Shown here in pieces: positions 25,856-42,594 of a stretch of 64,000 bases of DNA. The notes beneath the pieces were generated by a model. The model was not told the origin of the DNA and did no database searches. It saw only the letters and a list, made by a program, of their open reading frames with translations. The DNA lies in NCBI GenBank assembly GCA_964016885.1, contig OZ024761.1, forward strand, positions 3,100,001-3,164,000. Reading direction: 5' to 3'. The stretch's first letter is position 1. Every line of letters starts with the position of its first letter. The translations under genes and the position numbers were made by a program. Source of the stretch: Eledone cirrhosa. Taxonomy: Eukaryota.

Positions 25856-27845
25856 TAACAAGAAGGAATCCTATTTGAAACATGCACTACTTGGCACCGA
25901 GATTGCACTCAACTTTCACATGAGAATGAGAGGGCAAAGAAAGAGAACTTCTTTAAATTGCAAAAGAAACTGCCTCAGTACACTGCAAGATTGGGCCACT
26001 CTTCCACACGGACGGTTCATTAACCGAAAACCCCAAGAGATATGTGAAATACTGAACGAACAGTACAAATGTGTCCTTCACATGTCCACTGAGGCACATG
26101 CAAATAACGAAGCCAGAGGAGTTCTTTGATGCCACAACACTACATCAAGAAATGGCAACCATCAACCACATAGACATAACGGAGGAGGATGTGGTGTACG
26201 CCATTGATGAAATTAGAACAGACTCAGCTGCTGGACCTGATGGATTCCCAGCAGTTCTCTTAAAAATATGTAAGCGGGCCTTAGCAACTCCACTGAGATG
26301 CTCTTCAGAAGCTCCTTGGCTAGCGGTGTACTACCAGGGAGCTGAAAGAAGGCACAATATGCACTATCCATAAAGGAGGTAGCAGAACGGAGGCCAAAAA
26401 CTATAGGCCAGTCTCCCTGACGTCGCATATCAGTAAGGTCATGGAGCGAGTCCTCAGAAAGAAACGGATCACTTTCGTCGAGGAAAATGACCGCCTGACT
26501 AGCACGCAACATGGCTTCCGCCCAGGAAGAAGCTGCCTTACGCAGCTGCTACATCACTACGACTGGGTACTGAGACAACTACTAGACAGCTCACATGTGT
26601 ACGTTTGCGAAGGCCTTTGACAAGGTCGACCACGGAATAATATGTCACAATCTACACGGACTCGGCATAACTGGAAAAGTAGGTGAGTGGCTGCATGACT
26701 TCCTAAAGGACAGAAGCCAGGCAGTCGCAGCAAATGGGGCCCTCTCAAAGGCAACACCAATAACAAGTGGGGTGCCCCAGGGGACAGTCCTGGGACCACT
26801 ACTGTTTTTGGTGGCTCTCTCAGACATGCCCTCTGTAGTACATACAACAACATCCCTCACTAGCTATGCTGATGACACTAAGTAGCACAGGCAATCAAAA
26901 CCCGGCTGACGCTGCCCTTTTACAGCAGGATCTGATGCCCTATACAAATAGGCAGAAGAAAACAACATGCAGTTTAATGCTGGCAAATTCCAAGCCCTAC
27001 AATACAAACCTCCAAATAAACCTGCAAACACAATATAGAGGAACACAACTACCAGGACCAGGAGGGACCGATATCCCCGTGTCAAATCGATACGAGACCT
27101 GGGCATAGACATGAGCGATGATGCATCTTTTTCTTCACACATCATGAGAGTGGCGACAATGTGCAGACGACCTCGCTGGCTGGATCTTGAGGACTTTCCG
27201 GACAAGAGATCGAGACACCATGTTGACACTATGGAGGACAATTTGTCCTAAGCCGCCTGGACTACTGCTCCCAGTTGTGGACACCCCATAGTGTCAAACT
27301 AACCACGGAGCTTGAGGCAATCCGGCGAAGCTACACCAAGAGGATTGCCAAGATGAGGGAGACAAGCTACTGGGAGAGCTAAAAGAACTGACCTCTACTC
27401 CTTGGAGCGAAGACGGGAGAGATACGCAGTGATCTACATGTGAAAAATCCTGGAGGACTAGCTCCAAACTTTGGCATTGGGAGCTGGACCAACCGTCGAA
27501 CAGGACGTCACTGTGTGGTGCCAAAGGGCCCGTCTTCCACATCTAGATTAAGGAGCAGGTATTGCAATAGCCTGGGATTCAAGGGCCCTCAACTCTTCAA
27601 CAGGCTGCCGAGGGATCTGAGAGATTTGCATGACGTGGAGGTGGATGTCTTCAAGAAACATCTCGACGCCTTGTTGTCCAGGATCCCGGATGACCCCACA
27701 GGAAGACACGAGTAAACCTAAGGGCAGCAGCAACAACTCCCTCTTACACCAGTGGCCAACCTATACAGGCTGGAGATAAAATGTGTAGCAACAAGGGCGG
27801 TGCACAAGCATGGCCTCAGCCGGATGCTGAAACAGGTAAAAGAGT
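25856..27845 (+). pseudogene. CR1-group LINE ORF2 (RT) 3' part, with frameshifts
   Basis: SAAGPDG, NYRPVSLTS, QHGFRPGRSC, AKAFDKVDH, SGVPQGTVLGPLLF, YADDTK, RDLGI, RLDYCSQLW, GPQLFNRLP. Confidence 0.9.
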
Positions 27846-28049
27846 AAAAGAGTATATATGTATAAACATGTATGTATATATATATATGTATATATATATG
27901 TATATATGTATATATATGTAGTGTATATATGTATATACATGTATGTATATATAATATATATGTATATACATGTATGTATATATGTATATATATGTATATA
28001 CATGTATGTATATATGTATATATATGTATATACATGTATCTATCTACCT

Positions 28050-28207
28050 ATCTAAGGCGGGTAAAATTCCCGAGATCCATGGACGAGTTCTCTCCAGCGG
28101 TCTAGCGGTCTCTGTCCCTCATTATCGCTGCCATGTCCTGCATCTCCAATAGACCAGTGTCTGTCCTTGGGGCATCAGCATACGTTAACCTTGGTCTTCC
28201 TCTTCTA

Positions 28208-28208
<1 letters not shown>
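28050..28208 (-). mobile_element. Short 3' fragment of the RTE-group LINE also found at 45393-45945
   Basis: GGCGGGTAAAATTCCCGAGATCCATGGACGAGTTCTCTCC is shared with 45397 onward. Confidence 0.85.
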
Positions 28209-30776
<2,568 letters not shown>

Positions 30777-30842
30777 AAATAAACACACAAGCTAGAACCG
30801 CTTGTCACCGCAGCCAGCATTTTATCCCCCATCGTCTCTCTT

Positions 30843-30879
<37 letters not shown>

Positions 30880-30884
<5 letters not shown>

Positions 30885-31326
30885 AAAGTTTTATTTAAGA
30901 TTGTTGGGTTACAACGAGTAAATATTTTATAACTGATATAAAAGCACTCAACAGTTTCTGGAGTAGGTTTACGATATTAAACAAATGGAAACTATATTTA
31001 TAAAACCATATTTATTTCGTTATATATATTTCTGGGATATCATATTAAAAATATGGCATGCCTTCCTCGGACAAAATACAATACATAAGCTGTTTTATAA
31101 ATAATTATTGACATACCTTATAATAATGCAACTTTCATATAATAAATCAACTTTTTAAATGGAAGTTGCATTATTATAAGGTATGTCAATAATTATTTAT
31201 AAAACAGCTTATGTATTGTATTTTGTCTGAGGAAGGCATGCCATATTTTTAATATGATATCCCAGAAATATATATAACGAAATAAATATGGTTTTATAAA
31301 TATAGTTTCCATTTGTTTAATATCGT
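30880..31326. mobile_element. Fold-back pair of a PLE-tail module with HHRs at 31013-31078 (-, core mutated to CCGAGGA) and 31219-31284 (+)
   Basis: Inverted repeat centred at ~31150. TATTTTGT-CTGAGGA-[..CATATT TTT AATATG..]-GAAA-TATATA-TA-ACGAAATA. Confidence 0.85.
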
Positions 31327-32451
31327 ATATATATATATATATATATAAAGAGAGAGAGATTGAGAGAGAAAGTGCTCAAGCGCAGAAGTTCCATAAAAAC
31401 TTATAAAATAGGGTGAAACCCTAAAAAAGACGGACAAAGAAGTTGCCATTGGCCGCTTGGAGGAATTGACTCTCATATCTTCCAGATACCGGTTAGACAG
31501 TTTTCTCTTTAAGCTAAGGAACTATGTCAAAGTTCTTCCCGTCATAACTAGAGAACAGCTCTGAGACGTCAGCAAGTAGGAGAGACTGACAGACAGACAT
31601 CAGTATTATAGTTGAAAACTATAAACATTTGCATATGTTGTATACGGTATCCCTGGTGACGAAATAAAGTGGACATAGACGCCTGCGAGAATTGAACCAT
31701 TTGCCTCTCTAATTCACTGGACCATTACACGGGAGAGTACTCGTTGGTCAGATAATCCTCTACTTGTGTTAATTCAGCTTGTAATGTTCTTTAAAACAGG
31801 AAAAGATTTTCTTAATTGAGTTTCCGTTAAAAGTCTTTAGAATATTTCAGAAGAAAGGTTCTATATATATATATGAAACATACGTTTCTATAGCATTAAA
31901 ATGAGGTAAATTGTTGTCCATTGTAAATATAACTAAACCAATCTATAACGAACTTTACCGTTGTTCTAAATGAAGGGATTACTTTTATTCTTGTGGCGAT
32001 AAGTAAAACTAAGATCTACGCATAAACTCGTGCCTAATTTCGTTTTCCTGTTGTTCATTAACATGTATTGAGAAATCAGGCTTGTGATCTTTAAGCGTAA
32101 CAGCTGTGTTCATGTCTACTACGGACGCATGTGCGTGGGTATCCTAACGTGGCCTATCATCTATGTAAGATTTGTGGCGATTTCTGTAACTTTATGCCGT
32201 TATATCTATTCTCACCAGAATGCATTAAATGTTATGCAATTGGCTTTTCTGTGAGTGTCATAAAAATATTGCATCGTATCCGACGTCACATGGATTTGCA
32301 TAGAATCAAGTAGAGATGATGGATTCACTTTTAAAGACATTGCGACGCTGTTATTGATTATTCAGAATCCGAAGCTTTTTTTGGCTCAGCTGAATATCTC
32401 GCTTTGATACACACGCACACATACACACGCGCGCACACACACATGCATACG

Positions 32452-32492
<41 letters not shown>

Positions 32493-32767
32493 TTATAGTA
32501 TATACTATGGATATAGACTATATATATATTTATATACATACATCTATAATATAAAGCTGAGCGTCGTATGTATGTATTATGTATGTATGTATGTGTCTTA
32601 CACACCTCCCTATAGTTTCTTAGCTTTTCTCTCTCCGTCGCTCTTCCTTCTCTCTATAATAGATCATTCCCCCTCTCTATAATTTAAATGCTTTACTCTC
32701 TCTGCCACTCTTCATTCTCTATATGACAACAGTGTTTTAGTTTCCGTATCTCCCTTCAATATATACG

Positions 32768-32848
<81 letters not shown>

Positions 32849-33157
32849 GGAAAACTACACACACACATCTACAAAGAGAGACAGAAAAACAGGAGGAGAG
32901 CAAAAGAGAGAGATAGCCCGTTAGACAGAGAGAGATACAATTTAAGTGTTAGTCATTCAGAGAGAGAGAGAGAGAGACATAGACAGAGGGAGACCAGTAA
33001 GTGACCAGTTTTTCCAATGACGTTAAATCAACTATTGGCATTAAAATAATTTTGAAATAAACAGCGTATGATCAAATGAATCGGTGGTTGAAATATAACG
33101 TTCATTTCCGAGGTATATCTTTCATCTGTCGTCGCTCACACACACACATACACACGC

Positions 33158-33231
<74 letters not shown>

Positions 33232-33561
33232 GATTTCGTCAATTGCCGGATAACAACAAAACAAAATACACAGACACACATGTACACATGCACACATACA
33301 CATACACACATATACATACACAAACACTCACACATATCTATACATATAAAGCTGACGGACGTATGTATGTATGTATGTATATTAACAGAACTTAACTCTT
33401 TCTTTTTAAACTCATTTCCTCGGTAGTTCCTCCCCTTTGCTACGAAGTCGGAAGGACAATGTGACACGCGAGGGTGTGTGGTATCTTTGCAGTGGAGTGG
33501 TGGGGGCAGGTATACCTAGCCGGGCGCCAGCCGGACGGTCAATAGTATATAAATATTTATA

Positions 33562-34155
33562 TGGTGGCTGCCAACTCGTTTTCGAGTACGGCCACTACTT
33601 TATATCCATGTAGGAGAACCCCTACCGATGCGCTAAACGAGTGGGACTTTTTAGTCCAGCCAGCGACTTGAAAACTCTGGTACAAACACTACACTTGTGA
33701 CAATTATTGACACATAGTGCTGGGCCCATGGTACCATGTGATGACAAGTGAAGAGAGATCTCCAGATATAAAGCAATGCCTGTGCCGTGAAGCTTTTATA
33801 GTGAGCAAAGGCACTGCACAAAGCCAGTCCCACTCTCTTAACCAAGATGATATTTACCAAAAAGAAGAACAAGTCAATATCATTGGATACCATCAGGGTT
33901 GCAGGTGTTATATCAGAGTTTTCCTTCTCCTAGAATTCTGCCTTGACAAAGGCTAAGGGGTCATCTCTCCCGGTGATTTTGGATAGTCATTGACTCTTAA
34001 GAGCTCCTTTGCCCTTTGACAGGTTTTGTTTTTAGTCCTGCAGGATGTCCAAAGTCACCCTCCTCACCAAGAAACCTTGGTGGAGTTGCCAGTTTAGTCG
34101 CCAGTTTAGTCGACCATAAGACAGGTTGTACTGGGATACATGTTACCAGTAGCAC
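33562..34155 (-). mobile_element. Non-autonomous RTE-related retroelement; second copy at 57997-58422
   Basis: The two copies are highly similar. The minus strand has the RTE-type 5' UTR motif GGCAGAATTCTAGGAGAAGGAAAACTCTG, resembling 62150-62175. Confidence 0.65.
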
Positions 34156-34214
34156 CAAATATTTATATACATATATACATACATACACACATATATATAT
34201 ACACATACACACAC

Positions 34215-34245
<31 letters not shown>

Positions 34246-34252
34246 CATATCA

Positions 34253-34283
<31 letters not shown>

Positions 34284-34741
34284 CATATATACATATATGT
34301 ATATATATATATATACAGGAAGTCCTCAACTATCTGGTTGTGGAACCAACCAACCATCCAGAAATTTATAAATTTATAAACTTATTATAAATTTATTATA
34401 ATAGGAGAATAGGAGAATTTATTATAATAGGAGAAAAGTGAAAATTGAGAGAAACGAAAAAACGATAACAAATGTTTTAACGACAATACAACTTATTCTG
34501 TCCCCCCCCCCCCTTTTTTTGGAACGTTGATGGGCGTGAGCCCGAAATATTGGGATTAAATCTCCACTACGGTAACCCTTCTACCTTTGTTTTGTTTTCG
34601 TTTTTTAGTTTCTCTCAATTTTCACTTTTCTCCTATTTCTCACTCACTTCCTACCTCGAGATTTCCCATCTGCATTGTTGTGGCTTTCTAAACTACATAT
34701 TTTACATATTTCACAATGCTTCAAGCAAACTTTAACACCCC

Positions 34742-35137
<396 letters not shown>

Positions 35138-35985
35138 CTTGGGAAGGGTCATATTTGTGTAATATTGCCACAATTAATAACAGAACACACTCACTGTTTG
35201 GTTGGTTTTCGCTTCTCGCTGTCTTTTATATCGGTAATCTAACTTACTCGGTCCTCAATGTTGCCATTGACTGACCGACGGTCAAAAATAATACAGATAC
35301 AATATAGACACAAACACATATATATAGTTTATCATAAATCTTTCGTTGCACATCTGCAACATCGTCAGTGGTGTTATATTTTCCTCCTGTTGTGTTGTAT
35401 GTCTACGCCATTTTTATTCAGTCTGTCTATATATTTATTTATTTATTTGCTTGTTTGTTTATTTTATTTTGTCTTCTTTGCGCATGCGTTTGCGTGTGTG
35501 TATAGTGTTTTGTTTGCTGTGTGATGGGTGACTAGTGTGTGTTTATGTGCTTGTTGTTATTGTGCTTGTGTATGTATTTATTTATTTTTTTATTTTTTTA
35601 TTTACTTATTTATAATTCTCTTAGGTCAGTGTTGTTTGTTTGGGTGTTGTTGTTATTCCATTCATTCTTTCTGTTTAGCCTTGGTCTTCTAATTTCTATT
35701 TCACTGGCCTCTCTGATTTGCCTATCTGCTGGGTCATTCCTATGTTTAGATATTATTCTAATTTCTATGTTGTCTATGTTACCGTCATGTTGTTGTCTAG
35801 CATGTTCGTATAGTACTGACCCGTTTTTTCGTCCTTTTAGTTCCCCCCAGTGTTGGTCTATCCTTTCACCTATGCTACGAGCTGTCTCACCTATGTATGT
35901 TGTTGTCATGTTTCTGCAAGTACCCTCTGTACATCTTATGCTATAGACTACGTTTCTAGTTTTACAGTTTATCCGGGGGTTCACC
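35138..35985 (-). mobile_element. PLE 3' end: GIY-YIG endonuclease fragment (35610-35984) plus 3' tail with HHR at 35331-35372
   Basis: NCKTRNVVYSIRC...YIGETARSIGERIDQH...LYEH...IREASEI...LNRKNEW. Tail motif: CCA-CTGACGA-T GTTGCA GATG TGCAAC-GAAA-GATT-TA-TGAT. Confidence 0.88.
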
Positions 35986-36002
35986 TTATATATGATACAT
36001 TT

Positions 36003-36095
36003 AACAATATCTTACAAAAACAATATCTTACAAAAACAAATATCTTACAAAAACAAATATCTTACAAAAACAATATCTTACAAAAACAAATATCA
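36003..36095. repeat. 5-6 copies of a 16/17-bp unit AAAAACA(A)ATATCTTAC
   Basis: Visible tandem, abutting an inverted HHR fragment. Confidence 0.9.
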
Positions 36096-36206
36096 TCATG
36101 GGATGATATTTGCGTTCTCATCAGATAAAAAAGTGTTAAATCAACATATGTTGATTTAATACTTTACTGCTCGCAAGTGTTATTTAAGCTTCATATCATG
36201 ACTCCC

Positions 36207-36274
36207 TATTGTATCTGATGAGAACGCAAATATCCCATGATGATATTTGTTTTTGAAATGCGCATAATAAAATA
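36207..36274 (+). ncRNA. Type I hammerhead ribozyme motif (inverted partial copy at 36082-36127)
   Basis: TATTGTAT-CTGATGA-[GAACGCAAATATC..GATATTTGTTTTT]-GAAA-TGCGCA-TA-ATAAAATA. Confidence 0.82.
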
Positions 36275-36395
36275 CTTGGAACTCTTTTAACCATCTTTTG
36301 ATCTTATATTATTTATACTCCAGTTCTATAAATGGTTGAGTGCTACTTATCCGATATTTGCATTGCTTTATTCTGCTACAATAAAACCCACCTCC

Positions 36396-37585
<1,190 letters not shown>

Positions 37586-37599
37586 CATATGTGTGTGTA

Positions 37600-38025
37600 T
37601 TTGAACATTAACAACAGAAGTCTGGTGTAGGTAGAGAGTTAGTTTATTGTTTTACTATCGTTTCTGAGGGTCGATTGATCGATGGCGATCGCTGTCTCAT
37701 TTTTCCAGATATTGATTATAGGGCGCCCCGGGGGCTTCCCTGGGGTCGACTGAAGCAGTGCAATGCGACAAAACGTCATAACTACTGGCGTTCGCAACCC
37801 ATTTTCACCAATCTCGACACATGGACTACGTATGTTCTACTGATGAATTTGTACACTCAGAATTGGCAGATATTGAGTAGGAGACCCCCGGGGGCTGGAA
37901 CCCCCTTTTGGAAAAAGCCAATGATTTTGTACAAGTATAGTTTTCGAAGCAGCACTGAAGTATTGACATGAATGTTATACATGACAGCTATTTAATACCC
38001 GAGCAACGCCGGGTACCTCTGTTAG
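37600..38025 (+). mobile_element. Non-autonomous Helitron 3' portion
   Basis: ACCCGAGCAACGCCGGGT hairpin followed by CTCTGTTAG, matching the terminus at 2768-2796. 5' limit uncertain. Confidence 0.65.
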
Positions 38026-38359
38026 CATATATATATATATATATATATACGCACGCACACATACACACACACACACACACATTTATACACATATATATGT
38101 ACACACACACACACTATTATCCAATAAGTATATTACAGAGCCGAAATATGTGGTTTAAAATATACTAGTTTATATTTATGACTGAATGACGCCGTCGAAG
38201 TTTTTATATCCATTATTAAAGATATCTTTAGGAGACGTATTTTAAATTTATATTTGAACTGCACACCTGCTCTTATTAACTTTATAAACTTTTGTAATGA
38301 TTATAATATATGTCTATTTTCTAATTATGATATATGTCTTGCACTATACTTAAACTTGT

Positions 38360-38452
38360 GAAGGTGTGTGGCTGAGTGGTTAGAGAGTTCGATTCCTAGA
38401 TCGGGCGATGCGTTATGTCCTTCAGCAACACACTTTATTTCATGTTGTTCCT
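38360..38452 (+). mobile_element. CORE-type tRNA-SINE fragment
   Basis: TGGCTGAGTGGTTAGAG A-box, GTTCGATTCC B-box, then TGTCCTTCAGCAACACACTTTATTTCA. Confidence 0.65.
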
Positions 38453-38792
38453 TCTACCTGGAGTTGCGACCGATAGATAAATATTAGCAATTGGAAAGAC
38501 CAACGGAAACATTGTTTCCTAGGTCCTATTTGACGAAAGTCGATCGATCCTTTATACTTAAATTCTCTATAGCAGTATGTTTTTAAAATGTTTTTTTTAA
38601 TTTTTAATGCTTTTAGCTGCTCCTTATTTTATTGCATTCAAATGCTCATATTTTCCATATGCTTCTTCTGCCTTTGCTATCTTTTCTTATATAAATGTTG
38701 ATACTTATGCTTAATTCCCATATTATGTATACTCCTAATATTCTTATAACAAACTTCTGATATTATATTGTGTGTTTTAACCTTTATTATAT

Positions 38793-38838
38793 ACTCTGAT
38801 GAATCCGGCCTCGTGCTAGGATGAAATGATCGTAAGGG
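38793..38838 (+). ncRNA. Hammerhead ribozyme motif (stem I weak)
   Basis: CTGATGA-[ATCC GGC..GCT AGGAT]-GAAA-TGATCG-TA-AGG. Confidence 0.6.
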
Positions 38839-38875
38839 ATTAGATGTTTTAAACACTCATTGATTGTTTAATATA

Positions 38876-38922
<47 letters not shown>

Positions 38923-38930
38923 TATATATA

Positions 38931-40420
38931 TAGAAATTGGAATAAATGCTCTGAAATAGCGATATATATGTGAATATAGACATAGAATATTCGAAAATAT
39001 TCTGTATGTTTATAATAAACATTTTGAAGACCTAATCGCTATAGAATAGAATACGTCACGTATTACAATTAGATTCTCGATAAAAGCAAGGGAAGTAATC
39101 TACGCGTTTCATTCTTGTTAGAAATCATCAGGACTACATATCCAGTGCTTTTATCGAGAATGACACAGCTAGAGACTTATAGAATACTTAGCTGTGTACA
39201 GGAACTGGTTTGAAAGAGCGGTTGCCGGTCCGGCAGAAATTAGAAATTGGAATAAATGCTCTGAAATAGCGATATATATGTGAATATAGACATAGAATAT
39301 TCGAAAATATTCTGTATGTTTATAATAAACATTTTGAAGACCTAATCGCTATAGAATAGAATACGTCACGTATTACAATTAGATTCTCGATAAAAGCAAG
39401 GGAAGTAATCTACGCGTTTCATTCTTGTTAGAAATCATCAGGACTACATATCCAGTGCTTTTATCGAGAATGACACAGCTAGAGACTTATAGAATACTTA
39501 GCTGTGTACAGGAACTGGTTTGAAAGAGCGGTTGCCGGTCCGGCAGAAATTAGAAATTGGAATAAATGCTCTGAAATAGCGATATATATGTGAATATAGA
39601 CATAGAATATTCGAAAATATTCTGTATGTTTATAATAAACATTTTGAAGACCTAATCGCTATAGAATAGAATACGTCACGTATTACAATTAGATTCTCGA
39701 TAAAAGCAAGGGAAGTAATCTACGCGTTTCATTCTTGTTAGAAATCATCAGGACTACATATCCAGTGCTTTTATCGAGAATGACACAGCTAGAGACTTCA
39801 CATATATATCGCTATTTCAGAGCATTTATTCCAATTTCTAATTTCTGCCGGACCGGCAACCGCTCTTTCAAACCAGTTCCTGTACACAGCTAAGTATTCT
39901 ATAAGTCTCTAGCTGTGTCATTCTCGATAAAAGCACTGGATATGTAGTCCTGATGATTTCTAACAAGAATGAAACGCGTAGATTACTTCCCTTGCTTTTA
40001 TCGAGAATCTAATTGTAATACGTGACGTATTCTATTCTATAGCGATTAGGTCTTCAAAATGTTTATTATAAACATACAGAATATTTTCGAATATTCTATG
40101 TCTATATTCACATATATATCGCTATTTCAGAGCATTTATTCCAATTTCTAATTTCTGCCGGACCGGCAACCGCTCTTTCAAACCAGTTCCTGTACACAGC
40201 TAAGTATTCTATAAGTCTCTAGCTGTGTCATTCTCGATAAAAGCACTGGATATGTAGTCCTGATGATTTCTAACAAGAATGAAACGCGTAGATTACTTCC
40301 CTTGCTTTTATCGAGAATCTAATTGTAATACGTGACGTATTCTATTCTATAGCGATTAGGTCTTCAAAATGTTTATTATAAACATACAGAATATTTTCGA
40401 ATATTCTATGTCTATATTCA
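38931..40420. mobile_element. Inverted tandem array of a 310-bp HHR-containing monomer (2.8 copies minus sense, 2 copies plus sense); retrozyme-like
   Basis: Units start at 38931, 39241 and 39551. Inversion at ~39797; inverted units at 39797 and 40107. No differences seen by eye. (TA)n on both sides. Confidence 0.9.
39944..39986 (+). ncRNA. Type I hammerhead ribozyme (also 40254-40296 on +; 39095-39137, 39405-39447 and 39715-39757 on -)
   Basis: GTAGTC-CTGATGA-T TTCT AACA AGAA T-GAAA-CGCG-TA-GATTAC. Confidence 0.92.
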
Positions 40421-40640
40421 TATATATATATATATATATATATAACGAAGGAGTTGTGGTAAGGAACCAGATGGACCATAACGCACCAAAGTACTCAATA
40501 CTTAGTGTAGTAGAGTGTGTAATAGGAAAATGTATGACCCCGATGGCAGAGCTCAAGCCGTTTCGACGGCTATTTCTGGACTAGCCGTCTGAAATAGCCG
40601 TCGAAACGGCTTGAGCTCTGCCGTCGGGGTCATACCTTTT

Positions 40641-40691
<51 letters not shown>

Positions 40692-40692
40692 G

Positions 40693-40930
40693 GGTGGAGG
40701 CACCTGGCCTAGTTGTAAGGGTGTTGGACTTAAGATCATAACGTCTTGTGGGTTCGATTCCTGGGCTGCGTGTTGTTCTTGAGTAAAACACTTCATTTCA
40801 CGTTGCTCCAGTATACTCAGCTGAAAATGGGTACCAGCAATTGCAGAGGGTTTTGTACTCTCAGTCGTTTCACGCCATAAAATCGGGATAAGCACCGGTC
40901 AAATGAGTCTTCTGGCTTAAGACAGACTTC
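40693..40930 (+). mobile_element. CORE-type tRNA-SINE
   Basis: TGGCCTAGTTGTAAGG A-box, GGGTTCGATTCC B-box, TGTTGTTCTTGAGTAAAACACTTCATTTCACGTTGCTCCAG..AAATGGGTACC. Confidence 0.8.
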
Positions 40931-41827
40931 CGGCTTTGATAAACACACACACACACACACACACACACACTTATACCCCCCCCCCCCACACACACACACA
41001 CACATAGTTGGGGAGGGACATTCGGCAGGTAAACATTATACTGTACTGATGATGGGTAATCAGCCAGAAAGTGTCTGCAGTTCTGTTTACATGCCAACAC
41101 AAGAGCAAGAGTGGGGGGGGGGCTCATTCTACTAACATGGCTTAAAAGAGGCTGCTTGCATAATTGCAAACGAATAGGACAACGCATGAGACTAAGACGT
41201 TGTATGAACCGAAGGAAGTACGACTGACAATTTATTATTCAGTGACAGTATAAAGTATAAATGTTGTAACTCCTGCATTCCTTTTTATCGGTTATCCAGT
41301 TATGGGACCGTGGCCATTATGGGCCCTTAGAGGGTGAGGTAGATTATATTGGCCCCTTTAATGCAGGTATGTTATAGGCCTTCGTGAGATTGAAAGCTAA
41401 AATAGATCTGGAAGGAAGGGCTGGATGTCAAAATGTAAAGTCACATAACCAAATATTTATTTCTAATATCGGCACATGTGAACATTTTCAGGGGAGTTGG
41501 GGCTAGTTATTCTCCGAGGTGCAAGCTTGGGAAAGGTGTTTCTTTGTGGGGGACCAGTAATCACCCATGTATACTAGTCTCCCCTCTCCACCCCACCGAT
41601 GATGTTATCTCAGGAAGAGTCAAAGTCTGATACAGCTTCACACATGTGATGTCACATCTCATTATTTTCCTTGTTGTGTGGACTGAAGAAAGTGAAAGAA
41701 AATGTTTTTTCCACGAGGAGTCCACGGACCTCCTGGTCCCGGAATCGAACTTACGACCTCATCATCATGAACCCGGTAACTACTAATCCACTGCCTTTGT
41801 CAGTAGCCATTACAGGAACAATGGTTC

Positions 41828-42495
41828 CTAGGTTAGGCACAAGGCCAGCAATTTCTATCTTTAGGAGGGGCGAGGTTTCGATTATATCGACACTTGTATA
41901 TTACTGGTACTTTGTTATATCGACCCCACCCCGTATATTACTGGTACTTTATATCGACCCCACCCCGTATGGATGAAAGGAAAAGTTGACCGCGGTGGTA
42001 TTTGAACGCAGAATGTAAAGGATCGTAACTAAACGCAGCAAAGTATTTCGTCCAAGGTTCTAATGATTCAGTCACCCCACCCCCACGAATGTAACCAAAT
42101 ATTGCTGTCTGATTTAGACACAAGGCCAGCAATTTTGTGGGTGGGGAAAGTCGATTGAATCGGCCCCATTTCATTACTGGTACTTTATATTATCGACCCC
42201 GTAAGGATGAAAGCCAAAGCTAACCTCGGCAGGATTGTAAAGAGCCGTAACCCTATGATATAGTATGTTGTCCGACACTCTACCGCCCTTCAAATGCAAC
42301 CAAATATTGTTTCTACTCTTGGCACAAGGCCAGCAATTACCTCAGTACATTACTGGTACTTTATTTTGTCGACCCCGTAAGGGTGAAAGGCAAAGTTAAC
42401 CTCGGCGGGATTTGAACTCAAAACGGAAAAGGCCATAACTCTATGCTGCAAAGCACGGTATCTGACGCTCTACCGATTCTGCTAATCCACCGCCT
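41828..42495 (-). mobile_element. Chain of three head-to-tail Nin-type SINEs
   Basis: GGCACAAGGCCAGCAAT...GGATGAAAGG repeats at ~41835, ~42117 and ~42321. Confidence 0.85.
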
Positions 42496-42594
42496 GTATC
42501 CAAATATTGAAATTTATTCTTTAACGGTTTTGCCCTCCAGTCCCTCCACTTACCACTCTATACAGAATATAATGGATCTCCGTCGGTGTAGACG

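Noticed and set aside
33515-33546. Possible third Helitron 3' end (GCCGGGCGCCAGCCGG...AATAGT)
   Set aside because: Hairpin is short and the terminal CTRR is not intact; insufficient support.
40693-40770. tRNA gene
   Set aside because: A and B boxes continue into a SINE body; no complete cloverleaf or acceptor stem.
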